From Candidatus Saccharimonadota bacterium (GTDB lineage: Bacteria > Patescibacteriota > Gracilibacteria > BD1-5 > UBA2023): 32,000 nt of DNA. Position numbers and translations under genes: made by a program. The notes below the pieces were generated by a model, which ran no database searches, was not told where the DNA came from, and was given only the letters and a program-made list of their open reading frames with translations. Below, in pieces: positions 31,287-32,000 of the stretch (position 1 is its first letter; every line of letters starts with the position of its first letter). The DNA lies in contig BAAFHK010000003.1 of assembly GCA_042852035.1 (NCBI GenBank), positions 210,001 to 242,000 of the forward strand. The letters run 5' to 3'.

Positions 31287-32000
31287 TCAAACCTTGGAAG
31301 GTTGGAACCGATAGTTAATTGCTATTACTGGTCTTAAGTTCTCACGTGTAACCACTATATCTCTCACAAGAATATTGATAATTTGCTTTTTTTGAGAAAA
31401 GGAGAGATTCTCAATTTTTGTCTCGATTGTTTTAGAAAATTCCTCAAGAGAGATTTTCATCTCTTCAGCTTGTACTATCCCATCAAGCTTCTCATCGAGA
31501 TCCTGTATCTGTTTTTCACAAGCTTCTCTATCCTGAGATATTTTTGCAAGGACTTTTTCATATTTCTCTTCGGAGAGCATACCTTTCCTGTAATCTAATT
31601 CAGTTGATAGATCAGCATCTTCGAGCCTTTCAAGTTCTATCTGACGACGTTCACGCTCTTTAGTATATGTGTCGTAATCTCTACTGTCGACAGATTGCTT
31701 ACGGAAGATATCATATAATTCCTGAGGTCTTTTAATAAAAGTCTCAATATGTTCCCATACCAATTCCTCTAGACTCAATCAAGGAATATCAAAGTTTTTG
31801 TAATACTTTCCTCGGATAGTTCGAGCTGGACGACGGTAACTTATTCCACCTTTTGTTCGACTCACTCATACAAATTTCCGACCAGTTTCAAGATCGGTTA
31901 CTTTTCTGGAGAGCAAATATTCTACGTTTCCACCTCATCTGACAGGATCCTCCTCACTCTCTTTGATGAGATTTTTTGCAAGCTCGAAGGTGAGATCGTC
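31149..32000 (-). CDS. Second large serine recombinase, C-terminal part (5' end beyond window)
   Basis: Coiled-coil C-terminal region (track ORF 31287..31778), continuous upstream through TGA to the window edge (..GRKFV-G-VSRTKGGISYRRP..). The track stop at 31287-31289 is TGA; the first TAA is 31149-31151, inside the tRNA on the opposite strand. Confidence 0.65.

Noticed and set aside
1-32000. TGA as tryptophan (table 4, Mycoplasma-like), given the low GC content
   Set aside because: TGA consistently sits where family motifs require Gly (Walker A, Nudix box, GSGTT, FRGRE, HFGLA). Trp is still encoded by TGG throughout.

Overview
Low-GC bacterial DNA that reads TGA as glycine (translation table 25, as in Gracilibacteria/Absconditabacteria of the CPR). 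The supplied ORF track used standard stops, so most real genes appear as fragments. I re-joined them by reading through in-frame TGA and closing frames only at TAA/TAG. Positions 1-16704 are ordinary chromosome. They hold two tandem paralogous membrane proteins, yidC, efp, an RNase R / NUDIX / PAP2 operon, rpsT-infC-rpmI-rplT, a 3D-domain cell-wall protein, a 4-domain S1 protein, a thermonuclease, and tRNA-His, tRNA-Arg(TCG), tRNA-Leu(GAG) and tRNA-Cys(GCA). Between tRNA-Cys and a tRNA-Arg(GCG) lies a visibly more AT-rich insertion of about 14.2 kb; hand counts of single lines give roughly 27% versus 43% GC. Three same-orientation copies of AGGGGGGAGATTTT (16855, 26684, 31072) mark it, and their flanks look like attL, attP and attR. 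I read this as two integrative elements in tandem. Element X (about 9.8 kb) has no recombinase and carries a Type III R-M system, a HerA/FtsK-type ATPase, a replication-relaxation-like protein and a large nested palindrome. Element Y (about 4.4 kb) carries an unknown gene, a Rep_trans/MOB_T-like initiator and a large serine recombinase. That recombinase ORF has no stop before the junction and runs into the tRNA. A second serine recombinase gene enters the same tRNA-Arg from the right at the window edge. No rRNA, CRISPR array or phage structural genes were seen.
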